Assembly: GCA_944350365.1 (NCBI GenBank)
Contig: CALVOU010000003.1
Location: 1-49,500 of the forward strand
Direction: 5' to 3'
DNA: 49,500 nt
Source: an uncultured Bacilli bacterium
GTDB taxonomy: Bacteria; Bacillota_I; Bacilli_A; RF39; UBA660
The first letter of the stretch is position 1. Each line of letters opens with the position of its first letter. The notes beneath the pieces were generated by a model. It was not told the origin of the DNA, searched no databases, and worked only from the letters and a program-made list of their open reading frames with translations. The position numbers and the translations under genes are program-made. This document shows positions 1 to 8,004 of the stretch, in pieces.

Positions 1-1
1 G

Positions 2-634
2 AAAGTAACGGGGACGATGGCGAACCGTGGAGCGGTAAGTCAGACATTGAATGCCGGAGGAAGTTACACGATCCCTGTAGGTTATCATAATGGAAGTGGA
101 AAAGTAACCGCTGCATCCCTTGCTAGTCAAACCCAAGGAACGGCAACAGCAAATGATATTGTTAGTGGGAAAACAGCATGGGTAAATGGAATCAAGATAA
201 CCGGTACTGGAAAAACTTATAATGATGGCTACAATGATGGTTACAATGCTGGTTATCAGGCAGGTTTAAAAGATGGTGAAACAACAGTTATTAAGAATAT
301 GCAAGTATCTAGTCCGGTTACTTTAGATGATTGGGGGGCTGTTTATACGGCGACAAGTAATTGTATTTTTCTTCTTAGTGGTAGCGCCGTTCCAGGTTCT
401 GATGGTTCATCTAATCCTAAGCCTGAAAATGTTGGTGCTAGAACTAATATTACAACAACCGGTCAAATCGTAAACAGTAGTGGTATTCAGACTTCGTCAA
501 AATATACTGTGAATTTCTCTATGACAGTCAAATTGACACCAGGGCAAGCGGTCAATATTAATGGGAGTACGTGGGGTCATCAATCAAAAAATAATGGAAG
601 TGTTACCTATACTTATTATATTCTTAGTTATTAA
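2..634 (+). CDS. phage tail-fibre-like / Gly-rich surface protein, C-terminal part (frame open to window start)
   Basis: The frame of ORF 17..634 has no stop back to nt 2, so the gene probably begins upstream of the window. The blocks GGSYTIPVGYHNGSGKV, TATANDIVSGKTAWVNG and YNDGYNDGYNAGYQAG resemble conserved blocks I recall from Firmicute phage tail-fibre proteins. No search was run. Confidence 0.4.
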   Translation, partial: KVTGTMANRGAVSQTLNAGGSYTIPVGYHNGSGKVTAASLASQTQGTATANDIVSGKTAWVNGIKITGTGKTYNDGYNDGYNAGYQAGLKDGETTVIKNMQVSSPVTLDDWGAVYTATSNCIFLLSGSAVPGSDGSSNPKPENVGARTNITTTGQIVNSSGIQTSSKYTVNFSMTVKLTPGQAVNINGSTWGHQSKNNGSVTYTYYILSY

Positions 635-688
635 TATAAAAGTCAATTGAAAAAAGTATCCTATAGAAGAGTAATCCTTCTAAATTTT

Positions 689-723
689 TAAGCTAGAATC
701 TAGTATTAGGACTAGCTTTTTTC
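689..723 (+). terminator. rho-independent terminator after the tail-fibre-like gene
   Basis: AAGCTAG (690-696) pairs with CTAGCTT (712-718), with an alternative inner pairing CTAGT/ACTAG. A T-run follows (717-722). Confidence 0.5.
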
Positions 724-760
724 TTCCTTTGATGATACATTAGGATAGGATGGTGGTTTC

Positions 761-1384
761 ATGAAAATAAGAGTAAAACCCAAAATTAAACAAGCGATTA
801 AAGCTTCTTTTTTAGATCTTACGCATGTGGAAGAATTTTTCCAATTAGAGTTTTTTAAACAAACATATCCAGAAGGAATGATTGTAACTGATTTTAACGA
901 GTGTATCTTTCATGATATTATTTTTCAAAAACATGACTTAGATAAAATTAGTTTTATGGATGTGATATTTTATCATTGTGATTTTTCTAATATTGAATTT
1001 GTCGATCGTGCATTTTATCGTGTAGAATTTCATGATTGTAAATTAGTAGGTACTAGTTTTTCTAAAGTTCATTTTTTTGATTGCCTATTTGATAACTGTA
1101 ATTTACAATATAGTAATTTTGCGGATTGTATGTGTAAAGTGATTGAATTTCATCACTGTAATTTTTTAGAAGCTAGATTACAAGGAATGAATTTTTCTGG
1201 TGCAGTTTTTGAAGAAGATGATTTGTCAGAAGTAGAAATTTATACCACACCAATGCACGGAATCGATCTTTCTAGTTGTTTAATTGAAGGAATTCGTATC
1301 GAACCTAATTGTTTAAAGGGGATGATTATTTCTCCTTATCAAGCTGTTTTTCTGATTCAAATTTTAGGAATTAAAGTAAAATAG
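761..1384 (+). CDS. pentapeptide-repeat protein, Qnr/MfpA-like (topoisomerase-protection type)
   Basis: The 207-aa product is almost entirely A(D/N)LXX-type pentapeptides (FSNIEFVDRAFYRVEFHDCKLVGTSFSKVHFFDCLFDNCNLQYSNF...). The C-terminal ISPYQAVFLIQILGIKV aligns by eye with the YQASLLMERLGIAV tail of Qnr proteins. Size is in the Qnr range (~210-220 aa). Confidence 0.75.
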   Translation: MKIRVKPKIKQAIKASFLDLTHVEEFFQLEFFKQTYPEGMIVTDFNECIFHDIIFQKHDLDKISFMDVIFYHCDFSNIEFVDRAFYRVEFHDCKLVGTSFSKVHFFDCLFDNCNLQYSNFADCMCKVIEFHHCNFLEARLQGMNFSGAVFEEDDLSEVEIYTTPMHGIDLSSCLIEGIRIEPNCLKGMIISPYQAVFLIQILGIKVK

Positions 1385-1441
1385 GTTTTCTTCATCGCTA
1401 ATTTGTGGTAAACTTTATGTATAATTGGAAAGGGGTTCTAT

Positions 1442-2047
1442 ATGAAAAAAGTTATGGGTTTATCCATCTTACAATGGATTTTATGTGTTGTTGGGATTTT
1501 GATTTTATCTTCCTTTATTGTACTTCCACCTGTTTTTAGAGCTGTTTTTACGGTTTCTACTGAACCAGGCGAAAATAATCAGCCAGACGTGGAAACTCCA
1601 ACCGATAATGGTTCTTCGACTAGTGATTTGATCGATGATAGTGGGTATGAACGAATTATCTGCACTTATGAGGATGAATCAAATGCCGATTATCGGGATA
1701 GTTTAGGCATTTTATTCTTTCATGAAGATAATCAATTGCGAATTGTTTCTGAAACCGTTAATCGAATTTATCCTCTAGATTCTGAAGATAATGAAGCAAA
1801 ATTTTCGGAAGCTCAACTTGCTTGTCAAGAAATTCCTGCTTCATACCATCAGATCAAAGGGTTTAACTATGAATGTACAACCGGTGGTAATTCTATTTAT
1901 ATTGTAAAAAAATTTGATTTAGCTACTTTCGATCCAACTTCGGTTTCCGCTAGTGATCAAGAAGTGATTACGACCAATTATGCTTTAAATCAAAATGTTT
2001 CAGAGCTTGCTAGTCAATTAGAGTCGGCTGGATATGTTTGTGAATAA
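1442..2047 (+). CDS. membrane-anchored hypothetical protein
   Basis: RBS GGAAAGGGG lies upstream. The N-terminal hydrophobic helix (ILQWILCVVGILILSSFIVL) is followed by an acidic linker and a Cys-containing domain. No family recognised. Confidence 0.55.
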   Translation: MKKVMGLSILQWILCVVGILILSSFIVLPPVFRAVFTVSTEPGENNQPDVETPTDNGSSTSDLIDDSGYERIICTYEDESNADYRDSLGILFFHEDNQLRIVSETVNRIYPLDSEDNEAKFSEAQLACQEIPASYHQIKGFNYECTTGGNSIYIVKKFDLATFDPTSVSASDQEVITTNYALNQNVSELASQLESAGYVCE

Positions 2048-3093
2048 TGAATTTTTAACCGAATTAACACTAATAGGATGAGGATAATGATATTTTCCAT
2101 TAAAAAATAACGGTGGGGAATCGTAAGTAGAGTACCTGCAAATATCAATAATAAGATTAGAAGAGAATAAGAAATGTTCTCTTTTTCTTTTTTTAACGGG
2201 ATAACTTTTTTTATTATCTCGTGTAGACTCCAAAGACTGAAAACAATAATAAAAAGACTGTTTAAGATTTGAGAAAAAGCCAGAGTCGTTTCTAAATGTT
2301 CTAAGATGTTTAAAAATGAAATTTTTTTGTAGACAATCATTTCTGGATAAAGATAAATCTTCGTTAATTGAATTCCAAGAATGGAGATCGTGATTAGTAA
2401 TTCTAAAAAACAAATCAAACTACTATATCTAATCCCTTTAGTAATTGCTTGTTCATATTTCTTTTTTTGACTTAACTCTTCTTTTGGTAACATCGCAATT
2501 AAGAAAAAAGGAATAATTAGACTAGAAAAATAAAGTAAACTGGATTTTGTATTATCTTCAATAGTTGAAGTAAGTAATGGTTTAATGTTTTCTAAGTTTA
2601 GATATTTTAATGTTCCTAAGATCGTGATGATAAAAAGAAATAGATATAGATAAAAACAAATTTCACTTAGTTTAACGATACTGATGATTCCTTTTTTACA
2701 GATATAAAGAATCGTTAATAGTAGAGTAACTGTAATGATAATTAGTTTGGCCTCTTTTAAAATATAATAATTAATAAAAGTAGAAATTTGATGAATAGAG
2801 TAAATTAAATGAGTAAATAAGATGATGATTAGTAGGAAAAAGATTAGAAGCTTAGTTTTAGGAAACAAGATTTCTATTTTTCCTAAAATATCTTGTTTTT
2901 GATGAAACTGATAGATTCCTTTGATCAGTTGAAAGAAAAGAAATAGAAGAAGAAAACCAATTAGGATACTTAGAACACTATCGGTATTATTTTGTTTTGC
3001 TAATCTTTGAATTCCTGTTGTGAAGAGGAAAGAGTTAAAGAGAAAGAAGGTAAGAGTAGTTAATTCAAATGGGGTAATTTTGTTTTTATTCAT
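2014..3093 (-). CDS. spore germination protein, GerxB (amino-acid-permease-like) subunit
   Basis: A 359-aa polytopic membrane protein (~10 hydrophobic segments). It is the last gene of an A-C-B ger operon and its start overlaps the gerC stop by 8 nt. Confidence 0.8.
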   Translation of the reverse strand: MNKNKITPFELTTLTFFLFNSFLFTTGIQRLAKQNNTDSVLSILIGFLLLFLFFQLIKGIYQFHQKQDILGKIEILFPKTKLLIFFLLIIILFTHLIYSIHQISTFINYYILKEAKLIIITVTLLLTILYICKKGIISIVKLSEICFYLYLFLFIITILGTLKYLNLENIKPLLTSTIEDNTKSSLLYFSSLIIPFFLIAMLPKEELSQKKKYEQAITKGIRYSSLICFLELLITISILGIQLTKIYLYPEMIVYKKISFLNILEHLETTLAFSQILNSLFIIVFSLWSLHEIIKKVIPLKKEKENISYSLLILLLIFAGTLLTIPHRYFLMENIIILILLVLIRLKIHYSQTYPADSN

Positions 3094-4069
3094 CAGTAAT
3101 CACCTCTTCTAGATAATTATTTTTAATTGTTGGATGAATTTCGATATGAAACTCTAGTTTACTTAGGATGTCTTTGTTTTTTTTGTAGTAAGAATAGTTA
3201 TTTTGATAGATTTTATGTTCTAGTTTTAATAGATCATATTGTTTTTGCTGGTAGGTAGTAAGTAGGTTTAATAAAGCTTTTTTTAGTTCTTTTTGATAGA
3301 TTTCTGATTGGTCATCAATTGTGGAGTTGATCATAATCTCGATATTATTTTTCTTGCTATTGATGATGGTTTCATTTTCGTAGACAGTGATTCCTTGAAA
3401 AGAAGTTTTTTCGATTTTATTGCTTAGAAAATTGTATAAAATTGCTTCTTCGTTAGATAAACTACCATAGAGTTGATGATCTTTAATGAGAGTAAATCCT
3501 TCTAGAGATAGGGTATCTTCTAGTTTGATGGTAGGAAGAATGGTATTGCGATCGATTAGGATATCTTTTAAAAAGCTTTCAAAATCAATAGATCGAGTAG
3601 TTCCAGATTCTTTTTGATTGATAAGAATGAGTTTATTGATTTCTTCGGCAGTAATTTCTTGATTAAATAAGTCTTCTAAGTTATTTTTGATGGTAACGAT
3701 CTGGAAGTTGTTGCGGTATTCACTGTTTGTTAAGAAGTGTTTAATCATCGTGGTTAATTGTTGATCGATGATGTTTTCGGTAATCACTAATAAATTCATG
3801 TGCGATAGATAGATTTTTTTACTATTTTGAATATAAATATTTTCAAAAGCTTCTTCGAGGGATTTTCCAGTTGCGTGATAGGTTTTATATTTGTCTTTAT
3901 TTTCTTGGTTATCTCTATCTGCGATAATCGTTGTGTAGACAATAAATTTTTCATTTTGATAATCGAGTCCTAACATACTAGTAATTCCTAAATCGCTTAA
4001 TTCTGTATAAGCATTACAACTAGTAGTCAGTAATAGAATAAACACGAGAGTAATAATTTTTTTGATCAT
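3086..4069 (-). CDS. spore germination lipoprotein, Ger(x)C subunit
   Basis: Lipobox LLLTTS-C after an N-terminal signal peptide. Length 327 aa. It lies between the A and B subunits and begins 2 nt after the gerA stop. Confidence 0.8.
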   Translation of the reverse strand: MIKKIITLVFILLLTTSCNAYTELSDLGITSMLGLDYQNEKFIVYTTIIADRDNQENKDKYKTYHATGKSLEEAFENIYIQNSKKIYLSHMNLLVITENIIDQQLTTMIKHFLTNSEYRNNFQIVTIKNNLEDLFNQEITAEEINKLILINQKESGTTRSIDFESFLKDILIDRNTILPTIKLEDTLSLEGFTLIKDHQLYGSLSNEEAILYNFLSNKIEKTSFQGITVYENETIINSKKNNIEIMINSTIDDQSEIYQKELKKALLNLLTTYQQKQYDLLKLEHKIYQNNYSYYKKNKDILSKLEFHIEIHPTIKNNYLEEVITDE

Positions 4070-4070
4070 A

Positions 4071-5495
4071 TTATCGTCCCCTTATTTGATTCTTTTTCGT
4101 GAGTAATGGATTACGTTTTTTTATTGTTTTAGGGTTACTGAGACGGATAAAACTGTCTTTTTGTTCAGAGAAAATAAATGGGGCAAATGGAGCAAGATAG
4201 GGTTTGTTGAAAGCATTGATACTACATAGTTTAGTAGTTAGAAGAATGATGCCTAAAAATATTCCATATATACCTAGTAAAGTAGCTAGAATCATAAAGA
4301 TAATTCGCCACCATCTAATTGCGGCAGTTAGTTCAATTGAGGTAAATACTAATCCGGATATCGCACTGATCGCTACGACGATAATCATAATCGGCGAGAT
4401 AATTCCCGCGCTAACAGCAGCATCTCCTAATACTAAACCACCTAGGATAGAGACTGCGGTTCCCATAGTAGAAGCCATTCGCATATCACTTTCTCTTAGT
4501 ATTTCAAAAGAAATGGTCATGAGTAGTGCTTCTACCAAAGCTGGAAAAGGAACGGTTTTTCGTTGCGCAAGGAAATTAACGAGTAGATCAGTCGTGATGG
4601 AGTCATAATTATGAGTAGTAATCGCAATATAGTAAGCGGGGATTAAAATCGCAATGAAAAAGGCAATTAATCGTACTAAGCGAATGAATGTAATATTAAT
4701 TGGTTTTTGATAATAATCATCGGGAGTATGAAAAAAATCAATAAAGAAACAGGGAAGAATCAAGGCATAGGGACTGTTGTCGATCATGACAATGATCTTT
4801 CCTTCTAGTAGAGCCATACCCGCTAAATCTGGCCTCTCCGTTGTCATAATGGTTGGAAAAATCGCCGATTCTTGATTGAGATATTGTTTTAGATAACTAC
4901 TATCGATGATGCCATCTATATTGATTTTATTTAATTTTTTTTCAATTTCCGTAACTAATTTTTTTTCGGCAATATTCTGTATATAAAGGATACCTACTTT
5001 GGTTTGGGTTTGTTTTCCAATCATGAGTGTTGAAGTCCAAAGATTACTCGTTTTTAATCGTTTTCGTAATAATCCTAAATTAGTATTAAAGTTTTCTGTA
5101 AAGGCATCTTTTGGTCCACGAATAGACACTTCTGCTTCCGCTTTGCCTATTCCTCGATCAAGGGAAGCTCTAATCTCCATTCCAAAACAACTATCATCTG
5201 GTAAGATAAAGATGACATATCCGTTCCATAACTTGGTTTGTAAGTCAGTATAGTCTTCAATTTTTTTGATATTGTGACTAGGTAATGAATTATAAAAGAA
5301 AGTGTAAAGATCAGTAGTAATCGTTATCTTTTCGTCGATAATTTTTGTTAGATTTTTTAATACGAATTCGCTAACATTTGCGCCACTTGTTAGTACTTCG
5401 CTGTAAACTAGTGTGATTTTTTGTTCTTGAATAGTGATGGTTCGATAAATAATATCATCAGCATTATTGGTATCTATTTGTAAACGTGTAATCAT
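4071..5495 (-). CDS. spore germination protein, GerxA subunit
   Basis: 474 aa with GerA-family blocks (RGPKDAFTENFNTNLGLLRKRL, TTERPD, LLEGKIIVMIDNSPYALILP, FEILRES..R) and a C-terminal membrane domain. RBS GAGAGGGAA precedes the ATG. Confidence 0.9.
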   Translation of the reverse strand: MITRLQIDTNNADDIIYRTITIQEQKITLVYSEVLTSGANVSEFVLKNLTKIIDEKITITTDLYTFFYNSLPSHNIKKIEDYTDLQTKLWNGYVIFILPDDSCFGMEIRASLDRGIGKAEAEVSIRGPKDAFTENFNTNLGLLRKRLKTSNLWTSTLMIGKQTQTKVGILYIQNIAEKKLVTEIEKKLNKINIDGIIDSSYLKQYLNQESAIFPTIMTTERPDLAGMALLEGKIIVMIDNSPYALILPCFFIDFFHTPDDYYQKPINITFIRLVRLIAFFIAILIPAYYIAITTHNYDSITTDLLVNFLAQRKTVPFPALVEALLMTISFEILRESDMRMASTMGTAVSILGGLVLGDAAVSAGIISPIMIIVVAISAISGLVFTSIELTAAIRWWRIIFMILATLLGIYGIFLGIILLTTKLCSINAFNKPYLAPFAPFIFSEQKDSFIRLSNPKTIKKRNPLLTKKNQIRGR

Positions 5496-5553
5496 GATTC
5501 TTCCCTCTCTTTATCTTAGTATGGATAAAGTTACCTAAAAATAGTCATTTCTC

Positions 5554-5582
5554 TTTTCAAAAATTAAAAAATATGTTAGAAT
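5554..5582 (+). promoter_or_regulatory. sigma-A-type promoter for the kinase-like gene pair
   Basis: TTTTCA (5554-59), a 17-nt spacer ending in TG, then TAGAAT (5577-82). This is an extended -10 29 nt upstream of the ATG at 5611. Confidence 0.45.
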
Positions 5583-5610
5583 AGCCTTCACTTTTTAAGG
5601 GGATTTAATC

Positions 5611-6333
5611 ATGAAAAAACGAATTGTGATTGCGGGAGTTAAATACGATTTGGAACTTATTGATGAAAAATGTGGGCAAACCACAGTGTGTTATCGTCTA
5701 CAAGTACTGAAAAGAAAAATCGATTATGCGATTAAGCTGTATCGTTCTTTTGATTATTTAGAGTTAGAGGATATCGCTAGGTTGCAGGAGTTTTATCTTG
5801 ATAGTTTTCCCATCTGTCTAAGTGAATATCTGGTCTTTGATGAAGAATGCAATTATATTGGTAGTGCGACTTCTTATATTGAGGAAAAATATGGTCCTAC
5901 GGAAAAAGTGATTTATCAAGTACCGTTAGAAAAAATTTATATGTATCTTTCACAGTTAGAAGAAAAGATTGCGTTAGTCACGATGAAAAAATTAGTTCTT
6001 TGGGATTGGGGAGTTGGGAATTTATTGTATGGAAGGGGACAAGACTTACCATTAGGGCTATATATGATTGATGATAATGGCTATTATTTTGATTCCCAAA
6101 TTACTTTTGAAGAAAATAGACGGGAATTATTCTATTTAATTAATGATATCATCGCTAACTTTGTCTTTCGCTATGCTGAGTCTTTGAAAGATCCTGTCAG
6201 TGAAAGGATTCTTACCCCTTATTTAAAGAGTGAAGATAGTTTTTCTTTATTAAAAACAGAGAGTAGAAATTATTCTTCACTTCAAGATTATTTATTAGAT
6301 AAAGTAGAATTCGTAAAAAGGAGAAGATTTTAA
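5611..6333 (+). CDS. small protein-kinase-like fold protein (paralog 1)
   Basis: The motif order matches the ePK/APH fold: a beta-hairpin then AIKLY (VAIK-like Lys), WDWGVGN (D-x4-N catalytic loop) and LYMIDD (DFG-equivalent Asp). 240 aa. Confidence 0.5.
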   Translation: MKKRIVIAGVKYDLELIDEKCGQTTVCYRLQVLKRKIDYAIKLYRSFDYLELEDIARLQEFYLDSFPICLSEYLVFDEECNYIGSATSYIEEKYGPTEKVIYQVPLEKIYMYLSQLEEKIALVTMKKLVLWDWGVGNLLYGRGQDLPLGLYMIDDNGYYFDSQITFEENRRELFYLINDIIANFVFRYAESLKDPVSERILTPYLKSEDSFSLLKTESRNYSSLQDYLLDKVEFVKRRRF

Positions 6334-7092
6334 ATGAAAAGTTGGCTTAGAATAAATGAGGATATGTATTATTTTGATCCTCAAGAAAAAGGACAGGGTG
6401 GTCGTACATCGGGAACGGTTTATCATCTTTGTCAGGATAATGTGGATTTGGCCGTAAAACTTTATTTAAATCTTGATGAGGTAGAAGATTACCCTGATTT
6501 AGAGACTATCACTTATTTTGGGTCGATTTCTTCTCAGGTATTACCGGTTATTGTTAGTCATTCTCCGGTATTTGATCAAGGAGGAGCTTATATCGGCTGT
6601 TCAGCGCCTTATTTATATGAATCAAAAGGGAATACAAGCAATCTTTTATGTAATTTACCGAAAAGCCAAGTGTTTTCTTATTTACATTCTTTAAATCAAA
6701 CCATAGATATTTTTACAAATCTTCATATTCAATTATGTGATTGGGCAATTTATAATCTTCGTTTTGGAGAAAATGTAAGTTATCAGTTACCTTTTTCCTT
6801 ATATATGATCGATGATAGTTTCTACGAACAGCAAGATGATAGAACTACAAAAGATTTATATTTAATTAATCGAATGGAAATGAACCGTTTAATTGTTTCT
6901 ATTGCGGATGAGTTTTTAAGTGCTAGGGAAGATATCTTACCTAAAGTAGAAAGGGAATATGTAAAGAGATATGAACATGTGAGTGATCCACTTTGTCTTT
7001 TAGAAAAAGATTGTGAACCGTATGCGACATTAGGTGAATTCTTTTCTTCGGTTCATCCAAAGGAAATTCAAAAACAGAAAAAAATGTCGTAA
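6334..7092 (+). CDS. small protein-kinase-like fold protein (paralog 2)
   Basis: GQGGRTSGTVYH (Gly-rich loop), LAVKLY, CDWAIYN (D-x4-N) and LYMIDDS. It is collinear with the upstream paralog, and its ATG directly follows the upstream TAA. Confidence 0.5.
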   Translation: MKSWLRINEDMYYFDPQEKGQGGRTSGTVYHLCQDNVDLAVKLYLNLDEVEDYPDLETITYFGSISSQVLPVIVSHSPVFDQGGAYIGCSAPYLYESKGNTSNLLCNLPKSQVFSYLHSLNQTIDIFTNLHIQLCDWAIYNLRFGENVSYQLPFSLYMIDDSFYEQQDDRTTKDLYLINRMEMNRLIVSIADEFLSAREDILPKVEREYVKRYEHVSDPLCLLEKDCEPYATLGEFFSSVHPKEIQKQKKMS

Positions 7093-7135
7093 TATAAAAT
7101 AAGTTGTAAAGGGAGATTTTTTAACATGCTAAGTT

Positions 7136-7164
7136 TTGTCAATCCTTCCTTTTTATGATACAAT
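7136..7164 (+). promoter_or_regulatory. sigma-A promoter of the XRE regulator gene
   Basis: TTGTCA (7136-41), a 17-nt spacer, then TG-n-TACAAT (7156-64). This shows that the ORF-track start at 7136 is promoter sequence, not coding. Confidence 0.6.
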
Positions 7165-7195
7165 AAAAAAAGATAAGGAAAATTTAGGTGGTAAT

Positions 7196-7915
7196 ATGGA
7201 TCAAGAAAAAGTTGGACAATTAATTAAAGAGCTAAGAATAAAACACCATTTAACGCAAGCAGAATTTGCTAAACGTTACCATGTTACTTATCAAGCAGTA
7301 TCGAAATGGGAAAATGGAAAAAATATGCCTGATTTAGCGCTCTTAAAACAGATTTGTGCTGATTTTCAAATGGATATCGGTGATTTTCTTGATGGCGAAA
7401 TTACAGTAAAGGAATCTCCCAAACAAAAAAAATCCAAGAAAGTAAAGATAGGAATTGGGGTAATTGGAATTTTTGTTTTTTCCTTGCTTATTGGAGGATA
7501 TTTTTTCTTTTTTCAAAACGATGATTTTGAGTTTAAAACGTTATCTACTAGTTGTAGTCATTTTACGATATCGGGTAGTTTAGCTTATAATCGAAGTAAC
7601 TCTCATTTATATATTTCTAATATTGATTATTGTGGTGGCGAAGATAGTACGTTATATCAAGAAATCAGTTGTGTCTTATACGAAGTTCAAGAGGATAGTA
7701 CGACGAAAATTTCTGAAGCGAAATATGAAGGTGAAGAGATGATTACGTTAGAAGAATATCTTCGTGGGATTGATTTTAAAATCGATGATTTTTCTAGCGA
7801 CTGTTCTCGTTATTCGGAAGGAAGTTTATATTTAGAAATTAATGCTTCTAATTCTTTAGAAAAAACAACTACTTATCGCATTCCATTATCGTTTAATGAT
7901 CGTTGTACGAAGTAA
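7196..7915 (+). CDS. membrane-bound XRE-family HTH transcriptional regulator
   Basis: ATG at 7196 follows RBS AGGTGG. The N-terminal part carries an HTH_3 motif (LTQAEFAKRYHVTYQAVSKWENGKNMP). It is followed by a Lys-rich linker, one TM helix (IGIGVIGIFVFSLLIGGYFFFF) and a Cys-containing extracytoplasmic domain. Confidence 0.8.
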   Translation: MDQEKVGQLIKELRIKHHLTQAEFAKRYHVTYQAVSKWENGKNMPDLALLKQICADFQMDIGDFLDGEITVKESPKQKKSKKVKIGIGVIGIFVFSLLIGGYFFFFQNDDFEFKTLSTSCSHFTISGSLAYNRSNSHLYISNIDYCGGEDSTLYQEISCVLYEVQEDSTTKISEAKYEGEEMITLEEYLRGIDFKIDDFSSDCSRYSEGSLYLEINASNSLEKTTTYRIPLSFNDRCTK

Positions 7916-7939
7916 CTCAACTTATGCTTGAGTTTTTTT
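7914..7939 (+). terminator. rho-independent terminator after the XRE gene
   Basis: AACTCAA (7914-20), 7-nt loop, TTGAGTT (7928-34), then a T-run to 7939. Confidence 0.6.
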
Positions 7940-7953
7940 CAACTTCTTGTTTA

Positions 7954-7983
7954 TTGCTTTTTTTGATAGTTTTTTTTTATAAT
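7954..7983 (+). promoter_or_regulatory. candidate sigma-A promoter of the arylsulfotransferase-family gene
   Basis: TTGCTT (7954-59), 18-nt spacer, TATAAT (7978-83). Confidence 0.4.
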
Positions 7984-8004
7984 GGAGTTGTTAGGAGGTT
8001 AAAC

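Noticed and set aside
4204-5253. Plus-strand ORFs 4204..4608 and 4999..5253 inside the gerA-type gene, and minus ORF 2018..2413 inside the gerB-type gene
   Set aside because: They are shadow ORFs nested in well-supported genes, with no RBS and low-complexity or implausible products.
5517-5523. CATACTA (minus strand) 22 nt upstream of the gerA-type start as a sigma-G/F-type -10
   Set aside because: The -10 match is good and biologically expected. I could not find a convincing G-H-A-T-R -35 at 17-18 bp, so it is not reported as a feature.
7136-8004. N-terminal extensions in the ORF track: 7136 (XRE), 7903 (ASST), 10095, 18550 (ATPase), 25521 (TspO), 31052 (GNAT), 35351 (RSH), 44299 (recombinase), 38024 and 39228
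   Set aside because: In each case an internal ATG lies 5-10 nt downstream of a strong AGGAGG-type RBS and begins the recognisable domain or signal sequence. The extension at 7136 is the -35 box itself, and the extension at 7903 runs through a terminator.
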